A stretch of DNA of 64,000 bases from positions 442 to 64,441 of the forward strand of contig DKEG01000026.1 of assembly GCA_002452095.1 (NCBI GenBank), read 5' to 3'. The stretch's first letter is position 1, and every line of letters starts with the position of its first letter. The DNA is from Bacteroidales bacterium UBA6828 (lineage in GTDB: Bacteria; Bacteroidota; Bacteroidia; Bacteroidales; Paludibacteraceae). The notes under the pieces were generated by a model. The model was given only the letters and a program-made list of their open reading frames with translations, ran no database searches and was not told the DNA's origin. Positions 1 through 10,021 of this stretch are shown here, in pieces. The translations under genes were made by a program, and so were the position numbers.

Positions 1-94
1 CTGCATATACGTTTCATTATGTCTTTGGGATGGCATTTAGAGGCTATTTTGAGGACTTTTGTATTATTTCCCCGTTTTTGATGCGGTTGCCCTG
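1..94. repeat. conserved upstream element, copy A (cut by window edge)
   Basis: atacgtttcaNtatgtcttt...gtattattt...tttttgatgcggttgccctg aligns with 29199-29304. It includes a 20-nt identical block at 75-94 and 29285-29304. Confidence 0.75.
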
Positions 95-326
95 ATTTAC
101 GGAGACCTAAAATGTGTGTTGCCGGTAAAAAAACAATGGCTCCATATATATGTCTCATTATATGTTCCCTTAAAAGCGTAATAGTGTATAATTCATATTG
201 TATATTCAATTTCACCCCCCCCGAAGCACAAAACTTAAAATTTATTTGGCAAATCTTGCTTTTTTTTTGTATTATTACTTATTTTGTAGTATCTTTGCGC
301 AACTTTTTCGCGTGTATAAGTTTTTT

Positions 327-334
327 TATCTTTG
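327..334 (+). promoter_or_regulatory. candidate -7 box TAtcTTTG upstream of ORF 377
   Basis: Matches TAnnTTTG, 43 nt before the ATG. A second identical match lies at 290-297. Confidence 0.35.
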
Positions 335-376
335 TAGATTGTGTTGTGTTGCGTTGCTAAATGACCCCATGTTTTT

Positions 377-1303
377 ATGAATAGTAGATATTTGATTGTA
401 TTTTTGTTGTTAGGCGGAGTGGTTTATGGGTTTACTACTATGGTTGGCGGAATGTTGTGGGTAGAGCAAGATCCTGTATCGGCATATTCGTCGCTGGTAG
501 AGTGGTCGCAGGTGCCTGCTGTAGAAACGCCCTCCCGTAGAGGCGGTTCGTCGTTTCCGGTACCGGTGTCGTCCCGCACTGCATCGTTGTTCCGCCATCC
601 CGCAGTATATAGCGTGCCGATGCCGCAAGGCTATGCGTCGGCTAATCGTCCTGTGTATGCTGCGGCTTCGTCGGCTTATCCCGTTGCCCGTGGCTTGCAC
701 CTTACCTCTTCTGCAACCTTGCAGTCCTACGGCGGTGGTATGGAGAACGTGGCATATTCCTCTGCGGGAAAACATAGTGCTATCTCCTCCGCCTATTCGC
801 TTTCGGGTAACTCAGTGCGCACCCCTGTAAGCACCCCCGTGAGCCTGTCCCTCTCTCCTGTTGTTTCTTCTTCTATGTCTGCTGCAGCCCGTTCATCGTA
901 TGCCTTTGCTGCTTTCTCAGCCGCTATGCCCTACACTTCTTCGCAGCAGCAATCAGCCCCCCGCCGCAACGGTGCCCGTAGAACTCCCGGAACTATCGGG
1001 ACAACCTTGGATAACTGGATTCAGGGGTTGGAACACTCCGGTAGTTATTGGTATGGTGAAGAAGATGGTGTCTGGTATTTCTATGAGAATGAATTGAAGG
1101 CTTTGTACGAAAGTGCTGTAGCCAATGGCGATTTGCCTATTGGTACCACATGGGAGCAGTTCTTGAAATGGTTTGCCGGTCAGTCGTCTAAATATCAGTT
1201 CTATAATGCCCCGTTGCCGGACGGCATAGGGGTGTTGTGTTTGTTCGCCCTTCTGTATGCGGGAGTTCAGTTGCTTGAATATCATAAACGTGTTGTAAGT
1301 TAA
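377..1303 (+). CDS. hypothetical membrane-anchored Ser/Ala/Pro-rich protein
   Basis: 308-aa ORF. It has an N-terminal hydrophobic helix (LIVFLLLGGVVYGFTTMVGGML), about 170 aa of S/A/P/Y-rich low complexity, a W/Y-rich segment, and a C-terminal helix (GIGVLCLFALLYAGVQLL) followed by HKR. It is the first gene of a co-directional cluster, 17 nt before the next ORF. Confidence 0.6.
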   Translation: MNSRYLIVFLLLGGVVYGFTTMVGGMLWVEQDPVSAYSSLVEWSQVPAVETPSRRGGSSFPVPVSSRTASLFRHPAVYSVPMPQGYASANRPVYAAASSAYPVARGLHLTSSATLQSYGGGMENVAYSSAGKHSAISSAYSLSGNSVRTPVSTPVSLSLSPVVSSSMSAAARSSYAFAAFSAAMPYTSSQQQSAPRRNGARRTPGTIGTTLDNWIQGLEHSGSYWYGEEDGVWYFYENELKALYESAVANGDLPIGTTWEQFLKWFAGQSSKYQFYNAPLPDGIGVLCLFALLYAGVQLLEYHKRVVS

Positions 1304-1320
1304 GATAAAGTGTTTTTGTT

Positions 1321-3195
1321 ATGAAAAAGATATTGTCTTTTTGTGTCGCTCTTGTTTGTGTATCTGCTGTATGTACGGCAAATAAGCCGACTGGCTTGAC
1401 TTGTGAGGACGCTATTCCCGTGGATACTTCTTATACCGGTACTATTGAGGCTTCCGGTACATATTATTATTCGGCATATACATATGATTTGCCGCTTACA
1501 TGCCGTTTCTATCCTACGACGGATGTTAAGGTGCAACCCTATGTGGACGTAGATTTCTCTTGCGTGAATGGGCAGTATGACGACCCGAATATCGTAGAAA
1601 TGTTGGATGAAACTTCGGGCTGGGGAATACAGATGCCTATCCGTTTTACGTTTGACCCAAAAGAGGACGAGAATGGTAAGACCTATTATGCCTTGACAAT
1701 TACCGAGTTCTATCGTGAGCAGATGTCTAATTTTGGTATTACCTACAACGTGCAGGCATTCATCAAATTGGTCTCTGAAAACGCAGGTACCGTAACGCTC
1801 AAACCCGATACTACTTTCCAATCGTGTATCAACAATTCGCATTGGGTTAATCTGCCGGATACGCTTCCTTCAGGGGCTGCTTATGGCGATCGTATATATG
1901 CTATGCCTTTTGCCGACTGGGTAAACGACTCCATTCGTTTCCGTTGGACGGGTACTACCTCGTCGGTACGTATTTGGTTGGGTACCAAGTGCGATTTTGA
2001 GCCGCAGAGTGATGGCGATAATCCTGCTTTGGACTACCTGAGTCTGTATCCTAATGAGGGAGACAACGATAGTATCATCGAGTTGGATAAAGCCATGCTC
2101 CAGATGTATCTGTCTTTCTTGCATGAGGTAGGAGAGACCAACGAGGGTATTTTCTATGCACGGGTGATTTCTGCCGAGAATGCAAGTGTTATTGTAGACC
2201 GCAAACCAATGTCAGAGACTATGGCAAAGGCGAAATTGTTGGAATACGATAAGCCGGTGGATGTCTTGGCGGATGATACCGAGCAACTCTATTATTTTCC
2301 TAAGAAATGGGCGAACCGGCGCAATCTGTTGTTTACTGCAACTCCAGATGCGAAGATTGCTGCCTATCTGGGCAAAGAGGCTGCTTTTGCTGCTGACATT
2401 GCTGCCCCGCAATGTATAGGCAAGTATGTGTTCCATACCGCCGAGGACGGCAATGCGGAACTCGGCTGGTCTAAAACCGAATTGCAACCGATCTATAATC
2501 AGATTGCCGACATCGAGGACTATATCTACGTGCGCTTCGAGTCTGACAAAGATGTGTCTCTTACTCCTACACGGTGGAACATTAGTTCTTGCTTGGAAAA
2601 AAGCAAAGAGATATTGCTCACCGATAGTTGTCGTTTGCCCAAAGAAAGTTCGCTTACACCTTGGCGTATCCGCTATGCTCAATGGAGTGAACAGGATATG
2701 CAACTCTATTGGAAAGGGTGGTCAAATTTGAGATTGTATATTTCGGATACTTGTTCGTATAGTCTGACGCCTACCAACAAACACGTACTGAAATATGCAT
2801 TGATACCCATTCACACGGATGGCACAAGCGATACGCTCACTATCACCAAAGAGGAGATGGCGGACTGGGCGGAAAAAGTAGATACCGAGGGCTATTTGTA
2901 CCTGCGCTTTGCCAATACGCAATACGGCGACCTGTTTGTTATGCCCCAACCGGTATCGCCTACCGATCCTACAGCCGTCGTAAATACGGCGGATACTGAT
3001 TGGCAAGTGCAATATGTTGCTGGTTCTGTATTCGTAACAACCACCACTGCACAGACCTTTACCCTCTATTCAGCCTTGGGCAATATCCTGTGCCGTTGGA
3101 CACAACCAGCCAACTCCACAATAGAAATGCCCCTCTCTACAGCAGGAGTATATGTTCTCCAAAGCACCGACAATACAATGTTAATACGGAAATAA
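1321..3195 (+). CDS. secreted protein with T9SS-type C-terminal sorting domain, function unknown
   Basis: 624-aa ORF with a signal peptide (MKKILSFCVALVCVSAVCTA). The C-terminal tail (FTLYSALGNILCRW...GVYVLQSTDNTMLIRK) resembles the Por/T9SS CTD. There are internal Cys-bounded repeats. The stop is 1 nt before the next start. Confidence 0.75.
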   Translation: MKKILSFCVALVCVSAVCTANKPTGLTCEDAIPVDTSYTGTIEASGTYYYSAYTYDLPLTCRFYPTTDVKVQPYVDVDFSCVNGQYDDPNIVEMLDETSGWGIQMPIRFTFDPKEDENGKTYYALTITEFYREQMSNFGITYNVQAFIKLVSENAGTVTLKPDTTFQSCINNSHWVNLPDTLPSGAAYGDRIYAMPFADWVNDSIRFRWTGTTSSVRIWLGTKCDFEPQSDGDNPALDYLSLYPNEGDNDSIIELDKAMLQMYLSFLHEVGETNEGIFYARVISAENASVIVDRKPMSETMAKAKLLEYDKPVDVLADDTEQLYYFPKKWANRRNLLFTATPDAKIAAYLGKEAAFAADIAAPQCIGKYVFHTAEDGNAELGWSKTELQPIYNQIADIEDYIYVRFESDKDVSLTPTRWNISSCLEKSKEILLTDSCRLPKESSLTPWRIRYAQWSEQDMQLYWKGWSNLRLYISDTCSYSLTPTNKHVLKYALIPIHTDGTSDTLTITKEEMADWAEKVDTEGYLYLRFANTQYGDLFVMPQPVSPTDPTAVVNTADTDWQVQYVAGSVFVTTTTAQTFTLYSALGNILCRWTQPANSTIEMPLSTAGVYVLQSTDNTMLIRK

Positions 3196-3196
3196 T

Positions 3197-6100
3197 ATGA
3201 AAATATTGGTACAAGAATATAGGTTTCTAATCAGTATAATATGCCTAACTATTTTCTGTGGAATGTCCCCTATTAAGGCTGGAACATTTTATGGGAAGGC
3301 TGTAGTAATGTCTCAACCTGATCGTGCTGGGTATGTATATGTTTCAAAAACAAGTGCAGAAGATGCCGAGGAGAAAATTACTACTAATTTGAAAACTGTC
3401 GATAGTTCCACGCCATCTAAATATGTTGCTGTGTGGAAAAAAGATGCTGATTTAAAAGTCTATTTTACTTGTAAATCTCAGTATGGATATGTTTTTACAA
3501 AATGGACATGCGAAGTTCCCCAATTTGTTTCTACAGAGTTAACCACTCAAACAACGGTTACATGTCAAAGTAAAGACAAAAATAATCCCACCGATATGGG
3601 TACGTACTATGCTAATTTTGTGGCATCTACGGTGGATAAGGTGCTATCTAAAACCGATGTGGCTGTCAGTGGCGATCCGTATGGTGTAAGCAACGAGGGG
3701 CTGGTTGTCTTTTCTGTAAGCAATGCGGATGAAATAGAAGATTTTACCTGTACTATATCGGGAGAAGGCTTTGCCTTTGCCAATGGTTCGTATGAAAATA
3801 GTGCTACCTATGCTAACGGGCAAATTACGATTCGCTACAAATATACAGCAGACAACGAGTCAGGTACTCATAATGGTACTATCACTTTGATCTCAAAGGG
3901 GTATGACGATGGCAAAACCTATTCTTCTTTGTCGGCGCAGATAATCGCAACGGTGGACTTAACACCCTCTTTTACAGTTGCAAATTATAATTATAATGCA
4001 GATTATGAGGTGTTTGTTGGGTCTCCTATACAGAACAAGACCGGTGCTTTGTCCCCCACTCCCATCAATAAAACAGCAGAGGCACAAGCAGCAAAAGGTA
4101 ACAAGAACGGAACTGTTTGGACTGTTTGGTTGACAGATGATGCCAATAGTGCATTTACTATAGTAGGAACAGCGGATGCGAATGGCAAATATCACCCCGC
4201 AGGTGGCAATGCCACGGTTACGCTCTTGCCGCAGAAAGCGGGAGACTATTCAGCCAACTTACATATTCAATGTACGTATTATGATAAAAAAGGAGCGGCA
4301 TCTACATCTCAAGAACAAACAATCAAACTTTCTGCCACTGCTACATTAAGTCAGCAATCCAAACTCACATTTAATAATACGGACGGATATGCACATACTT
4401 TTGTCGATACCTATTGTGCTGAGAAAGTCGAAGATATTATTCCGCTGAAAGTGGAGAATGTTTCGGATTTGGTGTGCTCCATAGAGGGGAATATGGATAA
4501 GGTATTTGCCTATAGTTTGGGTGACGGTCAGGTTGTTGTGAGCATACTGTCTTCAATTCCCGGAAACTACACGGCAACGCTTGTCGTTAAAGGTAAGAAT
4601 AGCCTTTCCGGACACGAAACAGAAGAGACATCCGTTACTATGTGGGTGTCAGGTAAAGTCCTGCTTCGCACACCGCAACTGACAGCATTATCGGGGCACT
4701 CGCAAGTTACCTTGCAATGGCAACCCGTTGCCGGTGCAACAGGCTATGTTATCAAAACGGGTGATAACGTGTTAGCCACTTTACCTGCAACTGCCACAGA
4801 GTATGTGCATATGGGTCTCTCTGTAGGGCAGAATATATCTTATACGCTTACGGCGGTTTATTCTCCCGACGAGCAGTTTAATACCTCTGCAACCGTTACG
4901 GCAACCACGGGTGTCATTACCGCAGGGAGTGCAGCGCATACCGGTTTGCAGACGGGTACCGATCATCCTACAAACAATACTTTCCCCTACCAAGTGTTGC
5001 GTGACATAGACCTGTCCTCCGCCTTCGGAGATGGCAAAGCCGCTTGTGATCTGCTCTACATCTTTGGAGTTACTACCAATACGGATGATAAGACTGCAAA
5101 GGTGAATGGTATAACGTATCATGTCATCACCCTGCCTTCTTCAACTGCCGCTTCAAATGCCAAGACCCCCTGCTACATCTATCAAAAGAATGGAGACAAT
5201 TATCGCTACAAGGAGACTATAGAGAATATGAATGTCCCCTCCAAACCGTCTCAGTTCAATATCTCCGCCAACGGGCAAAAGTTGTATTTTACAGGCTACT
5301 GCCCTGTGGCTACCTGCGGCAGTACCGGTGATGAGGATGGTATTATTTTTGTATCGGGAGGTAAAAACGCAAAAATAGATTTATATTTGGATGATTTGCA
5401 GTTGTATGCCCGAATGAAAAGAAAAGACGGTCACTCCGGCAATGCAGATACGGCTTCAATTTCATTAGGTACTACGATGTATGTAAAGGGTAGTGGATCA
5501 GTTATGACCTTTCGGAGTTCGTCCACCTCGTCTTCCTTGCCATTTGTTCCAACTATACACGTGCGTGGTGATAATACCCTTAAAAGTACACAGGGAACGG
5601 TTGTTTATTTGGATGCAGTAATCAAAAAACTGACGGCAGGGCAATACTCTTCCCCATTGCAGGTTCAGGTTACTGACAAAGACCAGTGTACTACGTTGAA
5701 TATAGATGATGTCTGGTTCCGAACAGAAGCAACAGGGACTGAAAGAGTGAATGGTCAGTTGCATCTGCAGCAGTATGCTCAGAATGCCCCATCCATTGAT
5801 ATAGGAAATGATAAGACTGTTTTGAATCTTAATGGCGGACAGATATATTTGCAGAACGCCATACCTATATCGTCACAGTATAAATCGGCTTTCGCTGTCT
5901 CTTATCGTGTGTATCAACAACAAGTAAAATTTTTAGTAACTGTTACCGCATCAATGTATGGTGTAGGTAATGATCAAGCGGGGGGAACAATTAATTTCAA
6001 TGACGGTACTATTCATTGTGTCCCGCTGAATCCGAATGCCATTAAGAATTACATTTCGTATTATCGTGATCTGACTTCTATGAAATGTCCGAAGAATACG

Positions 6101-7747
6101 AAAATTAATGGTGGAACGTTTGATTGTAAAGTGTGGGCGTGCGAATCTGCGGCATCTCTGGGAGGTTCACCAACTAACCAATATGGTGATTCATTGAATA
6201 CAATCGGCTTTTCGGTCGAAGACATCTCGCAGCCATATCACTTGCTGGCAAACCCCGTCGTGTTCCCCGATAAGTATAAATACAAAGGTAGTACATTGGT
6301 ACAATACTACCAAAATCATACACCTTATGGACAGAATAGTATTACTCCAAACGAACACGACTCGGTGTACTATATGTTGCCAAGTGATGAGGTTGTACGA
6401 GATGTAAATTTGCAACCTTGGGGAATTTGTATTCCTGCTTTGCAGGCAGGTGCCAGTGGCTATAAACAATCATTGGGTGGTGATATTACCATTCCGGCAG
6501 ATGCGAATACAAGAGTATCGAGATTGTTGTATGGCTCAATAGATCAATTCTTAATAGATGCTTTTGACGGATATAAAAGTCCGGAACTAAATGCGACTAT
6601 TGATATGGAAGATAAAGATAAACACAAACAAATTCTCAATACATCAGATTATTCTATAGAGGATAAAATCTATATGATGTTGCCGGTTGTAGCAGATCAA
6701 TGGCGTATGTTTGTTCCTCCATTTGATGTTAGCAAGGTTTCAATTATAGAAGCATATCCGGAAGACTCCGTCAAGAAATATAACATCAGCCTTGACGAAG
6801 CACACAAGATACAGGCACAACGTACAATCGATTTGTTGTATTATTGCTGCGAGGGAATTGTTATGAACCATTCACAAGCCGATTTTGAAATGTTCAAAAA
6901 CTTGTGGATATATCATACAAAGAAGACCTATGGTTATACCCCAAAAGTGGTGGAATTACAACATGCAACAGATGATAATTGGTTTGATGCTAACTACTAT
7001 CTGTATCATTCTTCCGGAACGTGGCAATTTGACGGAACGAATTTTACTACCGACTGGCAGCCTGCCGAAACAGAGAATAAGGATTTCGGAGGTACAACGC
7101 ACCCTGTGGTGATGAAGCAGGGCGAGATCTATGCTTTTGATTTCCCTTATAAGTTGGGGCATAATCCTAATGAAGAGTGGGATTATTGGACTGGAAAGTA
7201 TTTATTGCTTGAGGGGTATGGTCCTCAAACATTGCATGGGAAAGACTATTCTGCAACAATAACGGAAGATTATACCGTTCCGGGATCTGCTTCTCTGCGT
7301 GGAAATGCTACATTTGCGGATATGAGTGTACAGAAAAGCAATGTCTACCACCTGACAACTACTGATGAATATAATAGGAATAAGTATATATGTAGTGCAG
7401 AGCCGTGCACATTAGAACCGGCAGAAGGATTCTTGTTGGCAAACATACCTTCTTCCAAATTACCTGCACGTGCTATTGCTATCAATACAGGTGTGGTAAC
7501 TTACGACACCGAAGCCAATTCAACCACCGGTGTACCGACTATTTCCGGTGGACGGACGCTGATTGTGAATAGTGTGGACGGCGGGGTAATGGTTATCCCT
7601 GTAGTGCCGCAGCAGGTGGGTATCTATAGTTCGGCAGGGCAGTTGGTTGCCTCCGGGTATATGACCGGCGAGACCACTTTCTCCCTCCCCGCAGGCATCT
7701 ATATGGTGCGTGGCGAGCAGGAGACTGCCAAGGTGATAGTCCGTTAG
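3197..7747 (+). CDS. giant secreted protein (FN3 domain, beta-helix-like region, T9SS C-terminal domain)
   Basis: 1516-aa ORF with an N-terminal signal/TM. It has an FN3-like segment (VTLQWQPVAGATGYVIK...YTLTAVY, about nt 4665-4915). The tail (GIYSSAGQLVASGYMTGETTFSLPAGIYMVRGEQETAKVIVR) is typical of the T9SS CTD. Confidence 0.8.
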   Translation: MKILVQEYRFLISIICLTIFCGMSPIKAGTFYGKAVVMSQPDRAGYVYVSKTSAEDAEEKITTNLKTVDSSTPSKYVAVWKKDADLKVYFTCKSQYGYVFTKWTCEVPQFVSTELTTQTTVTCQSKDKNNPTDMGTYYANFVASTVDKVLSKTDVAVSGDPYGVSNEGLVVFSVSNADEIEDFTCTISGEGFAFANGSYENSATYANGQITIRYKYTADNESGTHNGTITLISKGYDDGKTYSSLSAQIIATVDLTPSFTVANYNYNADYEVFVGSPIQNKTGALSPTPINKTAEAQAAKGNKNGTVWTVWLTDDANSAFTIVGTADANGKYHPAGGNATVTLLPQKAGDYSANLHIQCTYYDKKGAASTSQEQTIKLSATATLSQQSKLTFNNTDGYAHTFVDTYCAEKVEDIIPLKVENVSDLVCSIEGNMDKVFAYSLGDGQVVVSILSSIPGNYTATLVVKGKNSLSGHETEETSVTMWVSGKVLLRTPQLTALSGHSQVTLQWQPVAGATGYVIKTGDNVLATLPATATEYVHMGLSVGQNISYTLTAVYSPDEQFNTSATVTATTGVITAGSAAHTGLQTGTDHPTNNTFPYQVLRDIDLSSAFGDGKAACDLLYIFGVTTNTDDKTAKVNGITYHVITLPSSTAASNAKTPCYIYQKNGDNYRYKETIENMNVPSKPSQFNISANGQKLYFTGYCPVATCGSTGDEDGIIFVSGGKNAKIDLYLDDLQLYARMKRKDGHSGNADTASISLGTTMYVKGSGSVMTFRSSSTSSSLPFVPTIHVRGDNTLKSTQGTVVYLDAVIKKLTAGQYSSPLQVQVTDKDQCTTLNIDDVWFRTEATGTERVNGQLHLQQYAQNAPSIDIGNDKTVLNLNGGQIYLQNAIPISSQYKSAFAVSYRVYQQQVKFLVTVTASMYGVGNDQAGGTINFNDGTIHCVPLNPNAIKNYISYYRDLTSMKCPKNTKINGGTFDCKVWACESAASLGGSPTNQYGDSLNTIGFSVEDISQPYHLLANPVVFPDKYKYKGSTLVQYYQNHTPYGQNSITPNEHDSVYYMLPSDEVVRDVNLQPWGICIPALQAGASGYKQSLGGDITIPADANTRVSRLLYGSIDQFLIDAFDGYKSPELNATIDMEDKDKHKQILNTSDYSIEDKIYMMLPVVADQWRMFVPPFDVSKVSIIEAYPEDSVKKYNISLDEAHKIQAQRTIDLLYYCCEGIVMNHSQADFEMFKNLWIYHTKKTYGYTPKVVELQHATDDNWFDANYYLYHSSGTWQFDGTNFTTDWQPAETENKDFGGTTHPVVMKQGEIYAFDFPYKLGHNPNEEWDYWTGKYLLLEGYGPQTLHGKDYSATITEDYTVPGSASLRGNATFADMSVQKSNVYHLTTTDEYNRNKYICSAEPCTLEPAEGFLLANIPSSKLPARAIAINTGVVTYDTEANSTTGVPTISGGRTLIVNSVDGGVMVIPVVPQQVGIYSSAGQLVASGYMTGETTFSLPAGIYMVRGEQETAKVIVR

Positions 7748-8208
7748 TCTGCCAATCTATCACCTCTCTGCATTGGGATAATATGCAGAGAGGTACATCG
7801 GTGCGCTGTGGCACAAAACTCCTCCGCACACCAAGCGACCTTTGACATATTGATTTACCGTTTGTATGCGGTCTCCGTTGTGTTTTCCATTAATGCCCGT
7901 TTTTATATTCTCCATTAATGCCCGTTAAAGAATCATTAAAAGACAACGTTAATTATCGTGTAATTAGACGTTAATTTTCTTGGAACATATAATGAGCCAT
8001 ATAATTGAGCCATGAATTAATTCTTTCACCCAATACGGTCAAATATGAATCAAATGCTGTTCGTGGAGGGAAATTAATGGTTAATTAACGTCAATTAATG
8101 GAGCCCATAAAAAATACTGGGTGCAATTAGTGGAGACAGAAAAGCAAAGCGGTAATTCAATAGATTGGGTTATCGCTTTTTTTGAGTCTGTATATCTGTA
8201 ACAATTAT

Positions 8209-9876
8209 ATGTTAAGGCTAAAATACATATTGATGTTTCTGCTGCTGTCGCTGACAGCGGTTTCGTATAGCAGTGCGCAGACTGAAACCGCTTGGCGGGC
8301 AATGGCGCAGACCTCGGATTCGATGGTTATCGGGGCAGATGAAGATGCTGCCAGTTGGACTTGCAGCAAACTGCAAGCCTCGCTGCAAGCCCCCTACTAT
8401 TTCTGCGATTGCTACGAAGGTGGTTCTACCTTCAGTTTCCCCCTGAGCGAGCAGATCTCCGATACCGTGTGGTACACCGCTTCGGTGGACGATGTGCGCA
8501 AGGGGCTGACCGCCTACTGGTTTGCCGACTGCTCGGTTACTATTGCTGTGTATGCCCTCTGCTCCAGCGAGACACCTACCATCTCTATGACTATCGGGCG
8601 CGACCAGATGCGCGAGATGGACGCTGCCTCCATCAACAAAAAAATAGACGAGATGGGCAGTGTGGCAGGCTCGCTGATCGGTGCGCTGACGCCGCATATC
8701 CGCGTTTATCCCAATGGCAAAGGCAACGGGCAAGTGTATGTATTCCCCTACAACGAGGGACCTTACTCCACCTGCGAGGCACCCCTCCCCGTCAGGACGA
8801 GTATGACCTACGTGAGCAGCCATTCGGACGATGTCTATGAGTGGGAGGCAAGCCGCCTGCCGCAAAGCGGGAGCGTGTTTGTACAATGGAAAGAGACGAA
8901 AAATAGCCCGTGCCAAGTGTGGGTTACACGCGGCAGTTGCTCCGGCACCGAAGTGGCACGCACCCTGTTGTCCGATTCTGCCAAACTCTTTTTCCCAGAC
9001 CCGACCCTGATACAGGATGCCCGCAAGGCGGGCGAATCGCTGTTCTTCCATTTTGCGCATGCTTCGGATAAGGTGGGGCGTATCCGTTTCCGCACCAATC
9101 CGCGTTTTGTGCCGCTGGTTACCGACACTGTTGTCTGCCATGGCAAAGGGCTGCAACTGACCGACACCTTGCTCACCCAAACCACCCGCTACAACAACGA
9201 TACTACGTGGTTTTTGGGCGATACGGTGCATATCCGTGCCTACAACCTGACCATCACCGCCCCCGAACCGCAGCGCGACACCGTGCGTGTACGAGCCGCC
9301 CAACTGCCGATGCTCTATCGCAATCAGGAGTATATCGCCAAGGGCGGATATGGCGACTATGATTTTACAATCCATACCGCCGGGCAGTGCGACGAGCGGT
9401 ATCTGCTCTGTGTGGAACACCTGACGACGCACACTTCCGTCAGCATAGACACCACGCTCTGCGAGGGAAAGACTATAGAGGTGAACGGCATAGTATGCAG
9501 CCGGGACACCACTATACAGAGTGCGGGTTGGACAGACGAAGATACATACACCAATATGGATATACGTGTGTCGTTCTCCGCCCCCGAGACGGAATATGAT
9601 ACCGTCTATGTCCTGCCGGCGGATATGGCGGAAGGCTATTTCTACGAGGAAGCCAACCAATGGATAGACGCCTACGGCGACTACAGTTATACGATTACGC
9701 GCAGAAACCAGTGTACGCGGCGGGTGGAACTCTCTGTGCGGGAACAGATATCCACGCCAGTAGCGGATACCCGACAGACGGTACCCCCGTCCCGTCTCTA
9801 CTGCGCTCCCGACGGAACTGTTTATGTGGTGCGTAGTGGCAAACGATATACCCTGCTCGGGCAAAATGCTAATTAA
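8209..9876 (+). CDS. secreted Cys-module repeat protein, function unknown
   Basis: The ORF track gives 8182-9876. The in-frame ATG at 8209 yields a clean signal peptide (MLRLKYILMFLLLSLTAVSYSSAQ). CxGxx modules are shared with the distal half of the 2068-aa protein. The short C-terminal tail is GTVYVVRSGKRYTLLGQNAN. Confidence 0.7.
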   Translation: MLRLKYILMFLLLSLTAVSYSSAQTETAWRAMAQTSDSMVIGADEDAASWTCSKLQASLQAPYYFCDCYEGGSTFSFPLSEQISDTVWYTASVDDVRKGLTAYWFADCSVTIAVYALCSSETPTISMTIGRDQMREMDAASINKKIDEMGSVAGSLIGALTPHIRVYPNGKGNGQVYVFPYNEGPYSTCEAPLPVRTSMTYVSSHSDDVYEWEASRLPQSGSVFVQWKETKNSPCQVWVTRGSCSGTEVARTLLSDSAKLFFPDPTLIQDARKAGESLFFHFAHASDKVGRIRFRTNPRFVPLVTDTVVCHGKGLQLTDTLLTQTTRYNNDTTWFLGDTVHIRAYNLTITAPEPQRDTVRVRAAQLPMLYRNQEYIAKGGYGDYDFTIHTAGQCDERYLLCVEHLTTHTSVSIDTTLCEGKTIEVNGIVCSRDTTIQSAGWTDEDTYTNMDIRVSFSAPETEYDTVYVLPADMAEGYFYEEANQWIDAYGDYSYTITRRNQCTRRVELSVREQISTPVADTRQTVPPSRLYCAPDGTVYVVRSGKRYTLLGQNAN

Positions 9877-9886
9877 CGTTCAAACA

Positions 9887-9919
9887 CGGGTGGATGTCGG
9901 GTGGATATCGGGTGGATAG
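9887..9919. repeat. 11-mer x3 (CGGGTGGATNT)
   Basis: Read directly. It is followed by further 10-11 nt repeats up to about 9966. Confidence 0.9.
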
Positions 9920-10021
9920 GCTTTCTTTATCTTTCTATCCTATGCGTATCCTAAGCGCATCCTATAACAAATTATATGGAGAATGTAAGATAAAATAGAA
10001 ACGTAAAAAATACAATATACA

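Noticed and set aside
112-380. Two small overlapping plus-strand ORFs (82 and 60 aa) before the first cluster gene.
   Set aside because: This is an AT-rich leader with homopolymer tracts and promoter-like boxes. The products are hydrophobic and low-complexity, and nothing supports them as coding.
8147-8183. Possible terminator (AAGCGGTAA-N14-TTATCGCTT plus T7) just before the 8209 gene.
   Set aside because: The stem is short with a mismatch and a large loop, and it lies only 26 nt before the next start within an apparent operon. It could instead be an attenuator or coincidence, so it is not reported as a feature.
8218-9864. 548-aa ORF on the minus strand, almost exactly antisense to the 8182-9876 gene.
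   Set aside because: It is a shadow ORF of a GC3-rich gene. The translation is Arg/Gly/His-rich with no signal peptide, motifs or domain logic. The plus-strand product has a signal peptide and shares modules with the neighbouring gene.
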